Positions 38,075 through 46,973 of a stretch of DNA of 64,000 nt are shown in pieces (position 1 is the stretch's first letter; each line of letters begins with the position of its first letter). Source of the DNA: Planctomycetota bacterium (lineage in GTDB: Bacteria > Planctomycetota > MHYJ01 > WSZJ01); NCBI GenBank assembly GCA_038060895.1, contig JBBTCT010000009.1:208082-272081 (forward strand), in the 5' to 3' direction. The notes beneath the pieces were generated by a model that was not told the origin of the DNA, ran no database searches, and saw nothing but the letters and a program-made list of their open reading frames with translations. The translations under genes and the position numbers were made by a program.

Positions 38075-39795
38075 CCGGCGCGGTCGCCATGCGGGACATG
38101 CAGGCGCAGCTTCTCGACTCGATGGACCTCGAGCGCGAGCGCGGCATCACGATCAAGGCGAAGTCCGTTGCGATGAAGTACGTGCTCGACGGGCAGACTT
38201 ACCTGCTCAACCTGATCGACACGCCCGGGCACGTGGACTTCACGTACGAGGTGAGCCGGTCGATGGCCGCATGTGAAGGCGCGATCATGCTGGTGGACGC
38301 GACGCAGGGGGTGCAGGCGCAGACGGTCGCAAACACGCTTCTCGCGCTCGAAGCGAACCTGGACATCGTGCCGGTGATCAACAAGGTCGATTCGCCGAAC
38401 GCCCAGATCGAGGAGACGATCCTCGAGATGACGAACTCGCTCGGCGTGCACGCCGAGGAGATCCTGCAGATCAGCGCGAAGACGGGCCGCGGCGTGGAAG
38501 AGCTGCTCGCGGAGGTCATCAAGCGCGTGGACGCGCCCGAGTCGGAGCCCGGGCGGCCGCTTCGCGCCCTCATCTTCGACTCCGTCTACGACAGCTACCG
38601 CGGCGTGATCATCCACGTCCGGCTGGAGGACGGCACGATCAAGGCCGGGCAGGAAATCATGCTGCTGTCGAACAAATCGATCCACAAGGTCGAGGAGGTC
38701 GGCGTCTTCACGCCGAAGCGCCTCGCGACGGGCGAGTTGAAGGCGGGGGAGGTCGGTTACATCATCGCGGGGCTGAAGCAGATCCGGGACGTGAAGGTCG
38801 GCGACACGCTGACGACGGAAGGCGACACGGTGGAGATGCTTCCCGGCTTCCGCGAGCCCAAGCCGATGGTGTTCTGCGGCATTTACCCGACGAACGACCA
38901 GGACTTCACGGAGCTGAAGAAGGCCCTGGAGAAGCTGTCGCTGAACGACTCGGGATTCACGTGGGAGCCGGAGACGTCGGAAGCGCTGGGATTCGGGTTC
39001 CGGTGCGGCTTCCTCGGGCTCCTGCACATGGAAATCGTGCAGCAGCGGCTCGAGCGCGACCAGGACGTGGACGTGATCCAGACGGCGCCGAACGTGACGT
39101 ACGAAGTGGTCCGGAGGGCGCGCGGGGGGAAACCGGAAACGATCCGGGTGGATAACCCGGCGAAGCTGCCGGACGAGGGGGAAATCGAGGAATTCCGCGA
39201 GCCGATCTGCCGCCTGAAGTTGATCTGCCCGACGGAGTCGATCGGGTCGTGCATGAAATTGTGCCTGGAGCGGCGCGGGAAGTTCGTGCAGCAGGAGTAT
39301 CTTTCGCCGATCAGGGTCATCCTCTCGTACGACATTCCGTTCGCGGAGATCATTTTCGATTTCTACGACAAGATGAAGTCGATCACGCGCGGCTACGGCA
39401 CGATGGACTACCAGATCCTCGGGTACGAGCCGGACAACCTTGTGCGTCTGCGCGTCCTCGTCGCGGCGGAGGAAGTCGACGCGCTTTCCATCGTCTGCCA
39501 CCGCGACCAGGCGGAGCACAAGGGGCGCCGGATGATCCAGATTCTCCGCAAGGAGATCCCCCGCCACCTGTTTGAGGTCGCCCTTCAGGCCGCCGTGGGC
39601 GGGCGGGTGATCGCGCGGGAGACGATCAAGTCGGTCGGCAAGAACGTCACGGCCAAGTGCTACGGCGGCGACATCAGCCGAAAGCGAAAGCTGCTGGAGA
39701 AGCAGAAGGAAGGCAAAAAGAAGATGAAGAACGTCGGAAGCGTCGAGATTCCGCAGAAGGCGTTCCTGGCCGTTCTGTCGGTGGACAAAGAATAG
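37987..39795 (+). CDS. lepA: Elongation factor 4 (LepA)
   Basis: AHIDHGKSTLADR, RGITIK, DTPGH, GFRCGFLGLLH, KCYGGDISRKRKLL. Confidence 0.98.
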   Translation: MRLEKIRNFCIIAHIDHGKSTLADRLLELTGAVAMRDMQAQLLDSMDLERERGITIKAKSVAMKYVLDGQTYLLNLIDTPGHVDFTYEVSRSMAACEGAIMLVDATQGVQAQTVANTLLALEANLDIVPVINKVDSPNAQIEETILEMTNSLGVHAEEILQISAKTGRGVEELLAEVIKRVDAPESEPGRPLRALIFDSVYDSYRGVIIHVRLEDGTIKAGQEIMLLSNKSIHKVEEVGVFTPKRLATGELKAGEVGYIIAGLKQIRDVKVGDTLTTEGDTVEMLPGFREPKPMVFCGIYPTNDQDFTELKKALEKLSLNDSGFTWEPETSEALGFGFRCGFLGLLHMEIVQQRLERDQDVDVIQTAPNVTYEVVRRARGGKPETIRVDNPAKLPDEGEIEEFREPICRLKLICPTESIGSCMKLCLERRGKFVQQEYLSPIRVILSYDIPFAEIIFDFYDKMKSITRGYGTMDYQILGYEPDNLVRLRVLVAAEEVDALSIVCHRDQAEHKGRRMIQILRKEIPRHLFEVALQAAVGGRVIARETIKSVGKNVTAKCYGGDISRKRKLLEKQKEGKKKMKNVGSVEIPQKAFLAVLSVDKE

Positions 39796-39846
39796 CCGTC
39801 CGCTTCGCCATCCGTCCGGAACTCACAATCGTTTAACACGGTGACG

Positions 39847-41721
39847 ATGTACGCCAAAATCCAGGGCATTCGCGACCTCTGCGCGGGCAACCTCCTCCTG
39901 CGCTGGCTGACGGCGTTCGGCCTGGCCGCCACGTGCGTGGGGCTCGGGATCGTCTACGCACGGCTTCACGCGAGCGGGACGGGCGGCCCCGAAAACCTCC
40001 TGATCCTCGCGATGCTCGCCGGGCAGATCGTCGCCGCGCTGGCAATCGCGTTCGGGTCCCGCCTTGCATGGATCGTGGCCCAGTACTTCTGCGGCATCCA
40101 GGCGCTTTGGAACGTCGTGCAGTTTTTCCGCTCGCAGAACGCCAGCCCCGTCGAAGCGAATTTCGGCGACGCCCCCTTCCACGTCGCCTTCGCAGTCTGG
40201 TTCATTGCGCTCTGGATCATCACCTTCCTCGGGTTGCCCGCCGTGAAGACCGCCGACACACCGGAGGGCGCAGGACCCGAAGGAAACCCGGACTTCAGCC
40301 CCGGCGCCGTCGCGGCGCCTCGAAAGAAAGGCGCCGACCCGCTCGAGTGGACTCGCGACAACATCGAGGCCATCGCGGTAGCCTTCCTGATGGCACTCAT
40401 CATCCGGTGCTTCTGCATCGAGGTCTTCAAGATCCCAACCGGCTCGATGGAGCCCACGCTCTTCGGCGACACGAAAGCCGGCGAACCGCCCCCCGCCCAC
40501 ACTGGCGACCGCATCATGGTCGACAAGCTCGGGCTCATTCTTCACGGCGTGAAGCGTTACGACGTCTGCGTCTTCAAGTACCCGCTCGACCGCTCGCGCA
40601 ACTTCATCAAGCGCATCGTGGGCCTGCCCGAAGAGGATTTCCGCGTGGACCACGCGGACATCTGGACCAGGCCGCACTCGGGGGGCGACGGCAAATTCCA
40701 CCTTGCGCGCAAACCGGCCAGGGAGCAGGCGAGCATCTGGCTGCACGCCTGGCCCGGGGAGGATGTGTCGGCGGAGAAGTGCAAGAAGATGTGGGATGGC
40801 GCGCCCGCGGGATGTTACGCGGGCGGGGCGACGTTCGACACGGGGCCCGCGAACGGGGAAGCGGTGTTCCGGCTTCAGACGCCGGTGAAGGACTATTACC
40901 GCGGCAAGGGGACCAACGCCCGCGTCAACGACCTGGCGATACGCTTCAAGGCCACGATGGCGGCCGGTGCCGAGCTCTTCGTCACCAACGCGCGCAGCGA
41001 CGGTTACGGCCGGTTCACGACATCCCTTTCCGCCGACGGCACCGTCCGCTTCTCACATATGCCCGACGAAGGGGGGACCTTCGCGCCTCTTCCCGCCCCC
41101 ACTCCCGCCCCGGCGGGCGCCGTCGCGGCAGGAGCGGATGTGGAGATTGCGCAGTGGGACGGCGCCATCCGGGTCCGGGTGTCGGGACGCGAAGTCGCTT
41201 CGTGGGAATACGTCGATCTCCTCCCCGACAAGCTTCGGATGCCCGACGCGCCGGCGTTTCAGATGTCGTTCGGCTCGCGGGGCGGCGCGGTGAAGTTCCA
41301 GGGAGTGTGGATCGGAAGAGACATCCTGTACAACGAGGCGGGGCAGTCGAGCGGCGAGTCAGTGCTGACGGGCCAGGATCATCTCTCGATCCCGAAGGAC
41401 TCGTATTTCGCGATCGGCGACAACGTGTGCAACTCGAAGGACGGGCGGCTGTGGAAGGAACGGATCGTAAGACTGAAGAGCGGGCTGACGATCCACGGCG
41501 ACGGGGACTCCCCGGAAAACTACCCGCAGAACCGGACCGGAGAGACGATTGTCGAGAGATTCCGGGACCTCGAGGGCACCGATCATTTCTTCAAGCAGGA
41601 GGACGTCGAGGACGAAGGGGACCGGGACAAGCCCTGGCATCCGTTCGTGGCGAGGGAGGAACTGGTCGGCAAGGCGCTGGTGGTGTGGTACCCGTTTGCG
41701 CGGTTCAAGATGATTCGTTAG
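39847..41721 (+). CDS. lepB: Signal peptidase I with an extra N-terminal membrane domain and a large insert
   Basis: IPTGSMEPTL (Ser), FIKRIVG (Lys), GDN..NS.DGR; located downstream of lepA. Confidence 0.9.
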   Translation: MYAKIQGIRDLCAGNLLLRWLTAFGLAATCVGLGIVYARLHASGTGGPENLLILAMLAGQIVAALAIAFGSRLAWIVAQYFCGIQALWNVVQFFRSQNASPVEANFGDAPFHVAFAVWFIALWIITFLGLPAVKTADTPEGAGPEGNPDFSPGAVAAPRKKGADPLEWTRDNIEAIAVAFLMALIIRCFCIEVFKIPTGSMEPTLFGDTKAGEPPPAHTGDRIMVDKLGLILHGVKRYDVCVFKYPLDRSRNFIKRIVGLPEEDFRVDHADIWTRPHSGGDGKFHLARKPAREQASIWLHAWPGEDVSAEKCKKMWDGAPAGCYAGGATFDTGPANGEAVFRLQTPVKDYYRGKGTNARVNDLAIRFKATMAAGAELFVTNARSDGYGRFTTSLSADGTVRFSHMPDEGGTFAPLPAPTPAPAGAVAAGADVEIAQWDGAIRVRVSGREVASWEYVDLLPDKLRMPDAPAFQMSFGSRGGAVKFQGVWIGRDILYNEAGQSSGESVLTGQDHLSIPKDSYFAIGDNVCNSKDGRLWKERIVRLKSGLTIHGDGDSPENYPQNRTGETIVERFRDLEGTDHFFKQEDVEDEGDRDKPWHPFVAREELVGKALVVWYPFARFKMIR

Positions 41722-41795
41722 GGGTTTCGGGTTCCGGAAGTTGAGTTCCGGGTTCCGGGTTCAGAGTTCCGGGTGGGGTTTGGAGTTTCCGGTTA
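41722..41795 (+). repeat. Degenerate heptamer tandem repeat (G[G/A]GTTCC)
   Basis: GGGTTTC GGGTTCC ... GAGTTCC GGGTTCC GGGTTCA GAGTTCC directly after the lepB stop. Confidence 0.65.
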
Positions 41796-41844
41796 CTCGT
41801 TGACGGCGATCTTGTGCGGTCACGGCAAAAACTTGAGGCGCTTC

Positions 41845-42624
41845 ATGAAGATCACGTTGCTCGGCGTCCTGGCGATCCTGGCGTTCGCTCCCGGTGCGGA
41901 GGCCGAAGTGAAAACGAAGGCGGTGGAGTACAAGCACGGGGACGTCGTCCTGGAGGGGTGGATGGCGTGGGACGATGCGGCGAAGGAGAAGAGGCCCGGC
42001 GTGCTGGTCGTCCACGAATGGTGGGGGCACAACCCTTACGTCCGCAAACGCGCGGAGCAGCTCGCTGCGGAGGGCTACGTTGCTTTTGCGCTGGACATGT
42101 ATGGGAAAGGGGTGCTGGAGACGTCGATGGAAGGAGCGGGGAAGCGGGCGGGAGCGCTGAAGGGTGACCGCCGGCTGATGCGCGACCGGGCGCTGGCTGG
42201 GCTGGGGGTGCTGGCGAAGGACGAGCATGTGGACGCGAAGAAGCTTGCCGCGATCGGCTACTGCTTCGGCGGAACGGTGGCGCTGGAGCTGGCCCGGGAT
42301 GGGGTGGACCTGGCGGCGGCGGTGTCGTTTCACGGTGGGCTTGAGACATCGATGCCGGCGGAAAAGGGGAAGGTGAAGGCGAAAGTGCTGGTGTGCCACG
42401 GTGCGGACGACGGATTCGTGCCGGCGAAGGAGGTGGCGGGTTTTGAGGAAGAGATGCGCAGGGCGGGTGCGGACTGGCAGTTGGTGAAGTACAGCGGCGC
42501 GGTGCATTCCTTCACGAGTCCTGAGGCGGGGAACGATCCGGCGAAGGGGGTGGCGTACAACGAGGCCGCGGACAAGCGAAGCTGGCGTGCCATGAAGAGC
42601 CTGTTTGAGGAGGCGTTTCGATAG
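41845..42624 (+). CDS. Dienelactone hydrolase family protein (exported)
   Basis: Signal peptide, HEWWG, GYCFGG nucleophile elbow, HGADD, HSFT. Confidence 0.93.
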   Translation: MKITLLGVLAILAFAPGAEAEVKTKAVEYKHGDVVLEGWMAWDDAAKEKRPGVLVVHEWWGHNPYVRKRAEQLAAEGYVAFALDMYGKGVLETSMEGAGKRAGALKGDRRLMRDRALAGLGVLAKDEHVDAKKLAAIGYCFGGTVALELARDGVDLAAAVSFHGGLETSMPAEKGKVKAKVLVCHGADDGFVPAKEVAGFEEEMRRAGADWQLVKYSGAVHSFTSPEAGNDPAKGVAYNEAADKRSWRAMKSLFEEAFR

Positions 42625-42813
42625 TGGTGCAGGAGCCTCGGCGAACCACGGCTTTTCCCCGGGTTTTCAACATCTCGCCATGGGAAGACTCCCGGCTGTT
42701 GAATTCTTGTGAAAACAGCCATAAGTTGTTGTTACATAAATATTTGCAATATTTCAGTGAGGCGAGACGCCTTTCGGGGCTGCGAGGTTCTCCGAGGGTT
42801 TTCAACGCCTGAT

Positions 42814-43536
42814 ATGCCCCTCCTCACGGTACAGGATCTTGTCAAATCCTACGGCTCGCGCGCCGTCGTCAACGGCGTTTCCTTTCACATGGAACCGGGG
42901 GAGATCGTCGGCCTTCTCGGGCCAAACGGCGCCGGCAAAACCACAACGTTTCGAATGACCATCGGTATGATCACTCCGGATTCAGGGTCAGTCCTCTTCC
43001 GCGACCAGAACATCACGCGGCTCCCCGTCTACAGGCGCGCCCGCCGCGGAATCGGCTACCTCTCCCAGGAACAGTCCGTGTTCCAGCGCCTCACCGTGGA
43101 ACAGAACCTCCTCGCCATCCTCGAGACCCTTCCCCTGGCGCGCGCCGATCGCCTCGCCCGCGCGGACGCCCTCCTGAAAGAATTCGGCCTCGAGCATGTC
43201 CGGAAAAACCTGGGCGGCCTCTGTTCCGGCGGCGAAAAACGCCGGCTTGAAATCGCGAGGGCGCTCATTACCCAGCCGACTCTGCTCATGCTCGATGAGC
43301 CCTTCTCCGGCGTCGATCCCATCGCCGTGGAAGAGATCCAGAGGATCATCCGCCGGCTTCGCGAAAAAGGGATCGGAATCCTGCTCACGGATCACAACGT
43401 CCGCGAGACCCTCTCCGTCACGGACCGCGCGTATATCATCGCCGATGGCCAGATCCTCGCTCACGGCCCGGCGTCCGAACTTGTCGACAATCCAGCCGTG
43501 CGCAAGGCCTACCTCGGCGAATCGTTCCGCATGTAA
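42814..43536 (+). CDS. lptB: LPS export ABC transporter ATPase LptB
   Basis: [48 protein letters not shown]. Confidence 0.94.
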   Translation: MPLLTVQDLVKSYGSRAVVNGVSFHMEPGEIVGLLGPNGAGKTTTFRMTIGMITPDSGSVLFRDQNITRLPVYRRARRGIGYLSQEQSVFQRLTVEQNLLAILETLPLARADRLARADALLKEFGLEHVRKNLGGLCSGGEKRRLEIARALITQPTLLMLDEPFSGVDPIAVEEIQRIIRRLREKGIGILLTDHNVRETLSVTDRAYIIADGQILAHGPASELVDNPAVRKAYLGESFRM

Positions 43537-43564
43537 GCCGTCCAGTCGTTAAAGTCTCACCCCG

Positions 43565-43969
43565 ATGAAACGCGACCCCCTCATCGCCATCGCCCTCGCC
43601 TGGCTCATCCCGGGACTGGGCCACCTCTTCCTCGGCCGCCCGCGGAAGGCCCTCTTCTTTTTCGCCACGCTGTCCCTCACCTACCTCCTCGGTTACGTCC
43701 TCGCAGACTTCCGCTTCGTCCGCTACGACGACAACCCGTTTTATTACGTCGGGCGTTTCGGAAGCGCGATGACGTGGCTGGCGACGTGGCTGATCCGGGA
43801 CAACGGTCCGCGCGGAATCTCCCCGATGGAGTTCTACGAGCCCGGTCTCCTCTACATGTGCTCGGCGGGCCTTCTCAACGTCGTTCTCGTGCTGAACCTG
43901 CTTTCACTGAAAGCAACTCCCGCTTCCTCGCCCCAGCAGGGCGATGCGCCGCCCGCCGCCGAAGCTTGA
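43565..43969 (+). CDS. Membrane protein, DUF6677-like
   Basis: LAWLIPGLGH...K...G.LY...AGLLN pattern. Confidence 0.7.
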   Translation: MKRDPLIAIALAWLIPGLGHLFLGRPRKALFFFATLSLTYLLGYVLADFRFVRYDDNPFYYVGRFGSAMTWLATWLIRDNGPRGISPMEFYEPGLLYMCSAGLLNVVLVLNLLSLKATPASSPQQGDAPPAAEA

Positions 43970-44027
43970 CGGTCCTGCGACGCGGCCGCACAATTTCGCT
44001 CCAACGCGATTTCACGGAGACGCCGAG

Positions 44028-44135
44028 ATGCCGGGTGACCTGAAACTGTCCGTGACGGGCTGGGTTGCCGCAGCCCTCCTTACTGTCATCACATTCGTCA
44101 TCATGGGGCTGCTCGCCAGAGCTGATAGAAAGTAG
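44028..44135 (+). CDS. Putative small single-TM peptide (35 aa)
   Basis: GGAG upstream; hydrophobic core WVAAALLTVITFVIMGLLA; basic tail. Confidence 0.4.
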   Translation: MPGDLKLSVTGWVAAALLTVITFVIMGLLARADRK

Positions 44136-44168
44136 CGCGCCCCGGCGCTGCGACCCGTGATCGCCACA

Positions 44169-45026
44169 ATGCTCTCATGGTTCGCGTCGCACGGGATCGA
44201 ACTGACCGGGGAGAATCTGGCCGCCGTCGGATTGCTGGTGATCCTCGAAGCGATCCTGAGCGCCGACAACGCGATCGTCCTGGCGCTTCTCGCCTACGGG
44301 CTGCCGAAGGAAAGACAGAAGGTCGCGCTCAAGATCGGGATCTGGTGCGCGTTCATCTTCCGCCTCATCGCCGTCATCTTCCTGCTCGAACTCCTGAAAC
44401 ACTCCGGGACGAAGATCGCGGCCCTCGCTCTCGGCGGCTCCTACCTGGCATGGCTCCCCATCAAGCACTTCCGCGAGAAGGCGCGCGGCGGAATCAAGGT
44501 CGATGGCGAAGGTCCCGCCGTCGCCGCAGCCACGAGCCTCCTCGGAATGTCCCTGTTCTGGTCCACCGTCGCGCGCATCGAATTCACGGACATCGTCTTC
44601 TCGGTGGACTCCATCCTCGTCGCGATGGCTGCTTCCAAGGTGCCGTGGGTCATCATCACCGGCGGCATCCTCGGCATCATCGCGATGCGTTTCGTCGCGG
44701 GCGGATTCCTCAAGGTCATCGAACGCTTCCCGCGAGTGGTCGACGGCGCCTACATCATCGTCGGCGTGGCCGGGACAAAGATGCTCGTCGAACTGGCCCA
44801 CATGGGCATGACCGGGGGCAAACCGGATGAGCACTTTGAGAAGCTCCTGAAACTGGTCTCATTCGGCCTCATCCTGGTGATTTTCACCGGGAGTCTGCTG
44901 CTCGGGAGGAGCCGGCCGAGCGAGGAAGCGGACGATGTTCCCGAATCGGACCTCACCGGGAAGGCGGACGAGGCCGCAAATCCGCCGGAAAGCACGGCGG
45001 CGCCCGAAGCGCCGAAGCAGACCTAG
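44169..45026 (+). CDS. TerC family membrane protein
   Basis: LEAILSADNA, DIVFSVDSI, GIIAMRF. Confidence 0.92.
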   Translation: MLSWFASHGIELTGENLAAVGLLVILEAILSADNAIVLALLAYGLPKERQKVALKIGIWCAFIFRLIAVIFLLELLKHSGTKIAALALGGSYLAWLPIKHFREKARGGIKVDGEGPAVAAATSLLGMSLFWSTVARIEFTDIVFSVDSILVAMAASKVPWVIITGGILGIIAMRFVAGGFLKVIERFPRVVDGAYIIVGVAGTKMLVELAHMGMTGGKPDEHFEKLLKLVSFGLILVIFTGSLLLGRSRPSEEADDVPESDLTGKADEAANPPESTAAPEAPKQT

Positions 45027-45214
45027 ACGAATCTCCCGACGAACCACACCAGCGCGCCGCCGCCCAGGATCGCCAGGCTCAGCAGCCCGAAGGTCTTGAA
45101 TCCCTTGCGCGCGATGTTCGCAGCGCCGTCTTCCTTCGCGGCCGTCATCACCAGCGAAGTGATGAGCGCGATGGGAAAGTACAGGAGAAGGTAGGAAAGC
45201 GGTTTCGGTCCCAC
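45023..45214 (-). CDS. Small two-TM membrane protein
   Basis: 63 aa with two hydrophobic helices; fills the gap between convergent genes. Confidence 0.6.
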   Translation of the reverse strand: MGPKPLSYLLLYFPIALITSLVMTAAKEDGAANIARKGFKTFGLLSLAILGGGALVWFVGRFV

Positions 45215-45306
45215 GGAAGGATGCTATAGCGCCTGAGCGACCGGCGCAACGCCGTGTTAGAATGCTCCTCACCGCCGGAAACCTCCGGCCCGATTGAGGT
45301 GAAAAA

Positions 45307-45852
45307 ATGTCCAACCAAAAGCGCTTCCTGATCGTTCTCGTCATCGCCGCCATCGCGGGCGGCGGGTATTACTTCTATTCGAAGGGGCTGAAGGCTAAGA
45401 CCGACGCGCAGCTTTTCGAGATGGTTGCCGGCGGCGGCTCGACGGCAAGCATGGCCGAGGCCGAGATTTCTCTTCGCGCCCGCGGCAGCACCGGCGCCGA
45501 CATTTTCCGCGCGCACCTGAAGGACGAGTCTCCCGCGAGCCGCAAGGCCGCGATCGGCGCGCTTGCGATCAAGAAGGACAAGGGGTCGGCGGATGCGCTG
45601 ATCGCGCTGCTGAACAACCCGAAGGAGGACGCGGAAGTGAAGGCCGCGGCGTGCACCGCGTTCGTGGACATCCGGGTGAAGGAAGCCGTGCCGGTGCTGA
45701 TGCAGATGCTGGAAGTGAAGAGCGAGGCGGTGCGGATCGCGGCGAGTTCGGCGCTTCGATCGATCACAGGGCAGAGTTATTCGAACAAGGAAACCGACAA
45801 GTGGAAGATCTGGTGGCAGGACAATTCGAAGACTTTTGAGGTCAAGGGGTAG
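45307..45852 (+). CDS. Membrane-anchored HEAT repeat protein
   Basis: GAGG RBS, N-terminal TM, three HEAT-like units, LRSITGQ...W..WW ending. Confidence 0.85.
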   Translation: MSNQKRFLIVLVIAAIAGGGYYFYSKGLKAKTDAQLFEMVAGGGSTASMAEAEISLRARGSTGADIFRAHLKDESPASRKAAIGALAIKKDKGSADALIALLNNPKEDAEVKAAACTAFVDIRVKEAVPVLMQMLEVKSEAVRIAASSALRSITGQSYSNKETDKWKIWWQDNSKTFEVKG

Positions 45853-45922
45853 CCGGCGGGTTGATGCATGGCCGGCATTGCAAGGCCACCCGAACGACGG
45901 CCCTGGTTCGTCGCTCAGGCCG

Positions 45923-46055
45923 TTCTGTGTGCCTCCGTTCCTCCGTGTTCTCCGTGTATGAAATTGTTTTTCAGTGACACCCGGAAGACGATCTTGGAGC
46001 CGGGAAGAAAGACGGCTTGAACACGGAATACACGGAGGAACGGAGAGACACGGAA
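45923..46055. repeat. 35-bp imperfect inverted repeat built from CTCCGTG/CACGGAG units
   Basis: 45923-45957 matches the reverse complement of 46021-46055 at about 30/35; 63-nt spacer; lies between convergent genes. Confidence 0.75.
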
Positions 46056-46076
46056 TCTCTCCGGCGAGGGAGACCG

Positions 46077-46973
46077 TCAGGCCCTGGAACTCCGGCCATG
46101 CATCCCTGCCGAGTCCACCCACGCCCACGCGCCGGGTTCAGGGCGTCCGCCCCGCAGCGCAGTCGCGATGATCGCCGCGCTGTCCGCGAGCCGTGGCCCC
46201 GGCCGGTTGATGTAGGCGTTGCCGTCCACGGCGCAGATGCGGCCGGGAAGGCGTCGCGGAAGCCGCGCGAGAACCGCCATGGCGCGATCGAGTGAGAAGC
46301 CGCACGGCGCCACGATCGTCAGGTCCGGGCGCGCAGCGTCGATCGCTTCCCATGAAATCCGCTCCGTGCGTTCGGTGGGCGGCACGGCCGGGACGCCTCC
46401 TGCGATGGCGATCAGCTCGGCGAACCAGTTTCCGGCGGCCATGGGCGGATCGAGCCATTCGAGGCCGAGGACGCGGGGGGGCGGCGTCGTTCGGAGGCGC
46501 AGGCGCACGGCTTCGAGAGCCGCATCGAAGGCGGCGGCCATAGGCGCGGCGTTGCGGCCGAGCGCGCAGCCGACGCGGAAGAAGTCTCCGCGGACATCCG
46601 CCAGCGACATCGGCGACAGCGAAACGATCGCGACGTCACGTGCGAGCGCCTGTCTCGCAGCCGCTTCCACCTGCGACAGCGGCACGGCGCAGACCGCGCA
46701 CTGGTCCTGCGTCAGAATGACGTCCGGCTCCAGACGGGCCAGGAGCGCGACGTCGATCTCATAGATCGCAAGGCCGCGTTCGACCAGCGCCTTGACCGAA
46801 GCGTGGATCTCCGGCCCGGGGCGTGACGGGTCGAGGCGTGGACGGGAAACGACGGGGAGTGAAGCGGCCTCCGCGGGGAAGTCGCACTCGTGCGAGCGCC
46901 CGACCAGGTCGCTGCCGGCACCGAGCGCGAACGTAATTTCCGTCGCGGCGGGGAGAAGCGAGACGACTCTCAA
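46077..46973 (-). CDS. Class III substrate-binding protein (cobalamin/Fe-siderophore-like)
   Basis: RVVSLLPAATE, GRSHECDFP, TQDQCAVCA, EWLDP, NRPGPRL. Confidence 0.88.
   Translation of the reverse strand: MRVVSLLPAATEITFALGAGSDLVGRSHECDFPAEAASLPVVSRPRLDPSRPGPEIHASVKALVERGLAIYEIDVALLARLEPDVILTQDQCAVCAVPLSQVEAAARQALARDVAIVSLSPMSLADVRGDFFRVGCALGRNAAPMAAAFDAALEAVRLRLRTTPPPRVLGLEWLDPPMAAGNWFAELIAIAGGVPAVPPTERTERISWEAIDAARPDLTIVAPCGFSLDRAMAVLARLPRRLPGRICAVDGNAYINRPGPRLADSAAIIATALRGGRPEPGAWAWVDSAGMHGRSSRA

Noticed and set aside
43970-44168. yybP-ykoY (Mn) riboswitch expected upstream of terC
   Set aside because: The conserved GGGGAGUAG...GAGACC framework is not found; an Infernal search with RF00080 would settle it.
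41722-46055. Short repeats as a CRISPR array
   Set aside because: No constant 23-47 nt repeats with unique spacers, and no cas genes.
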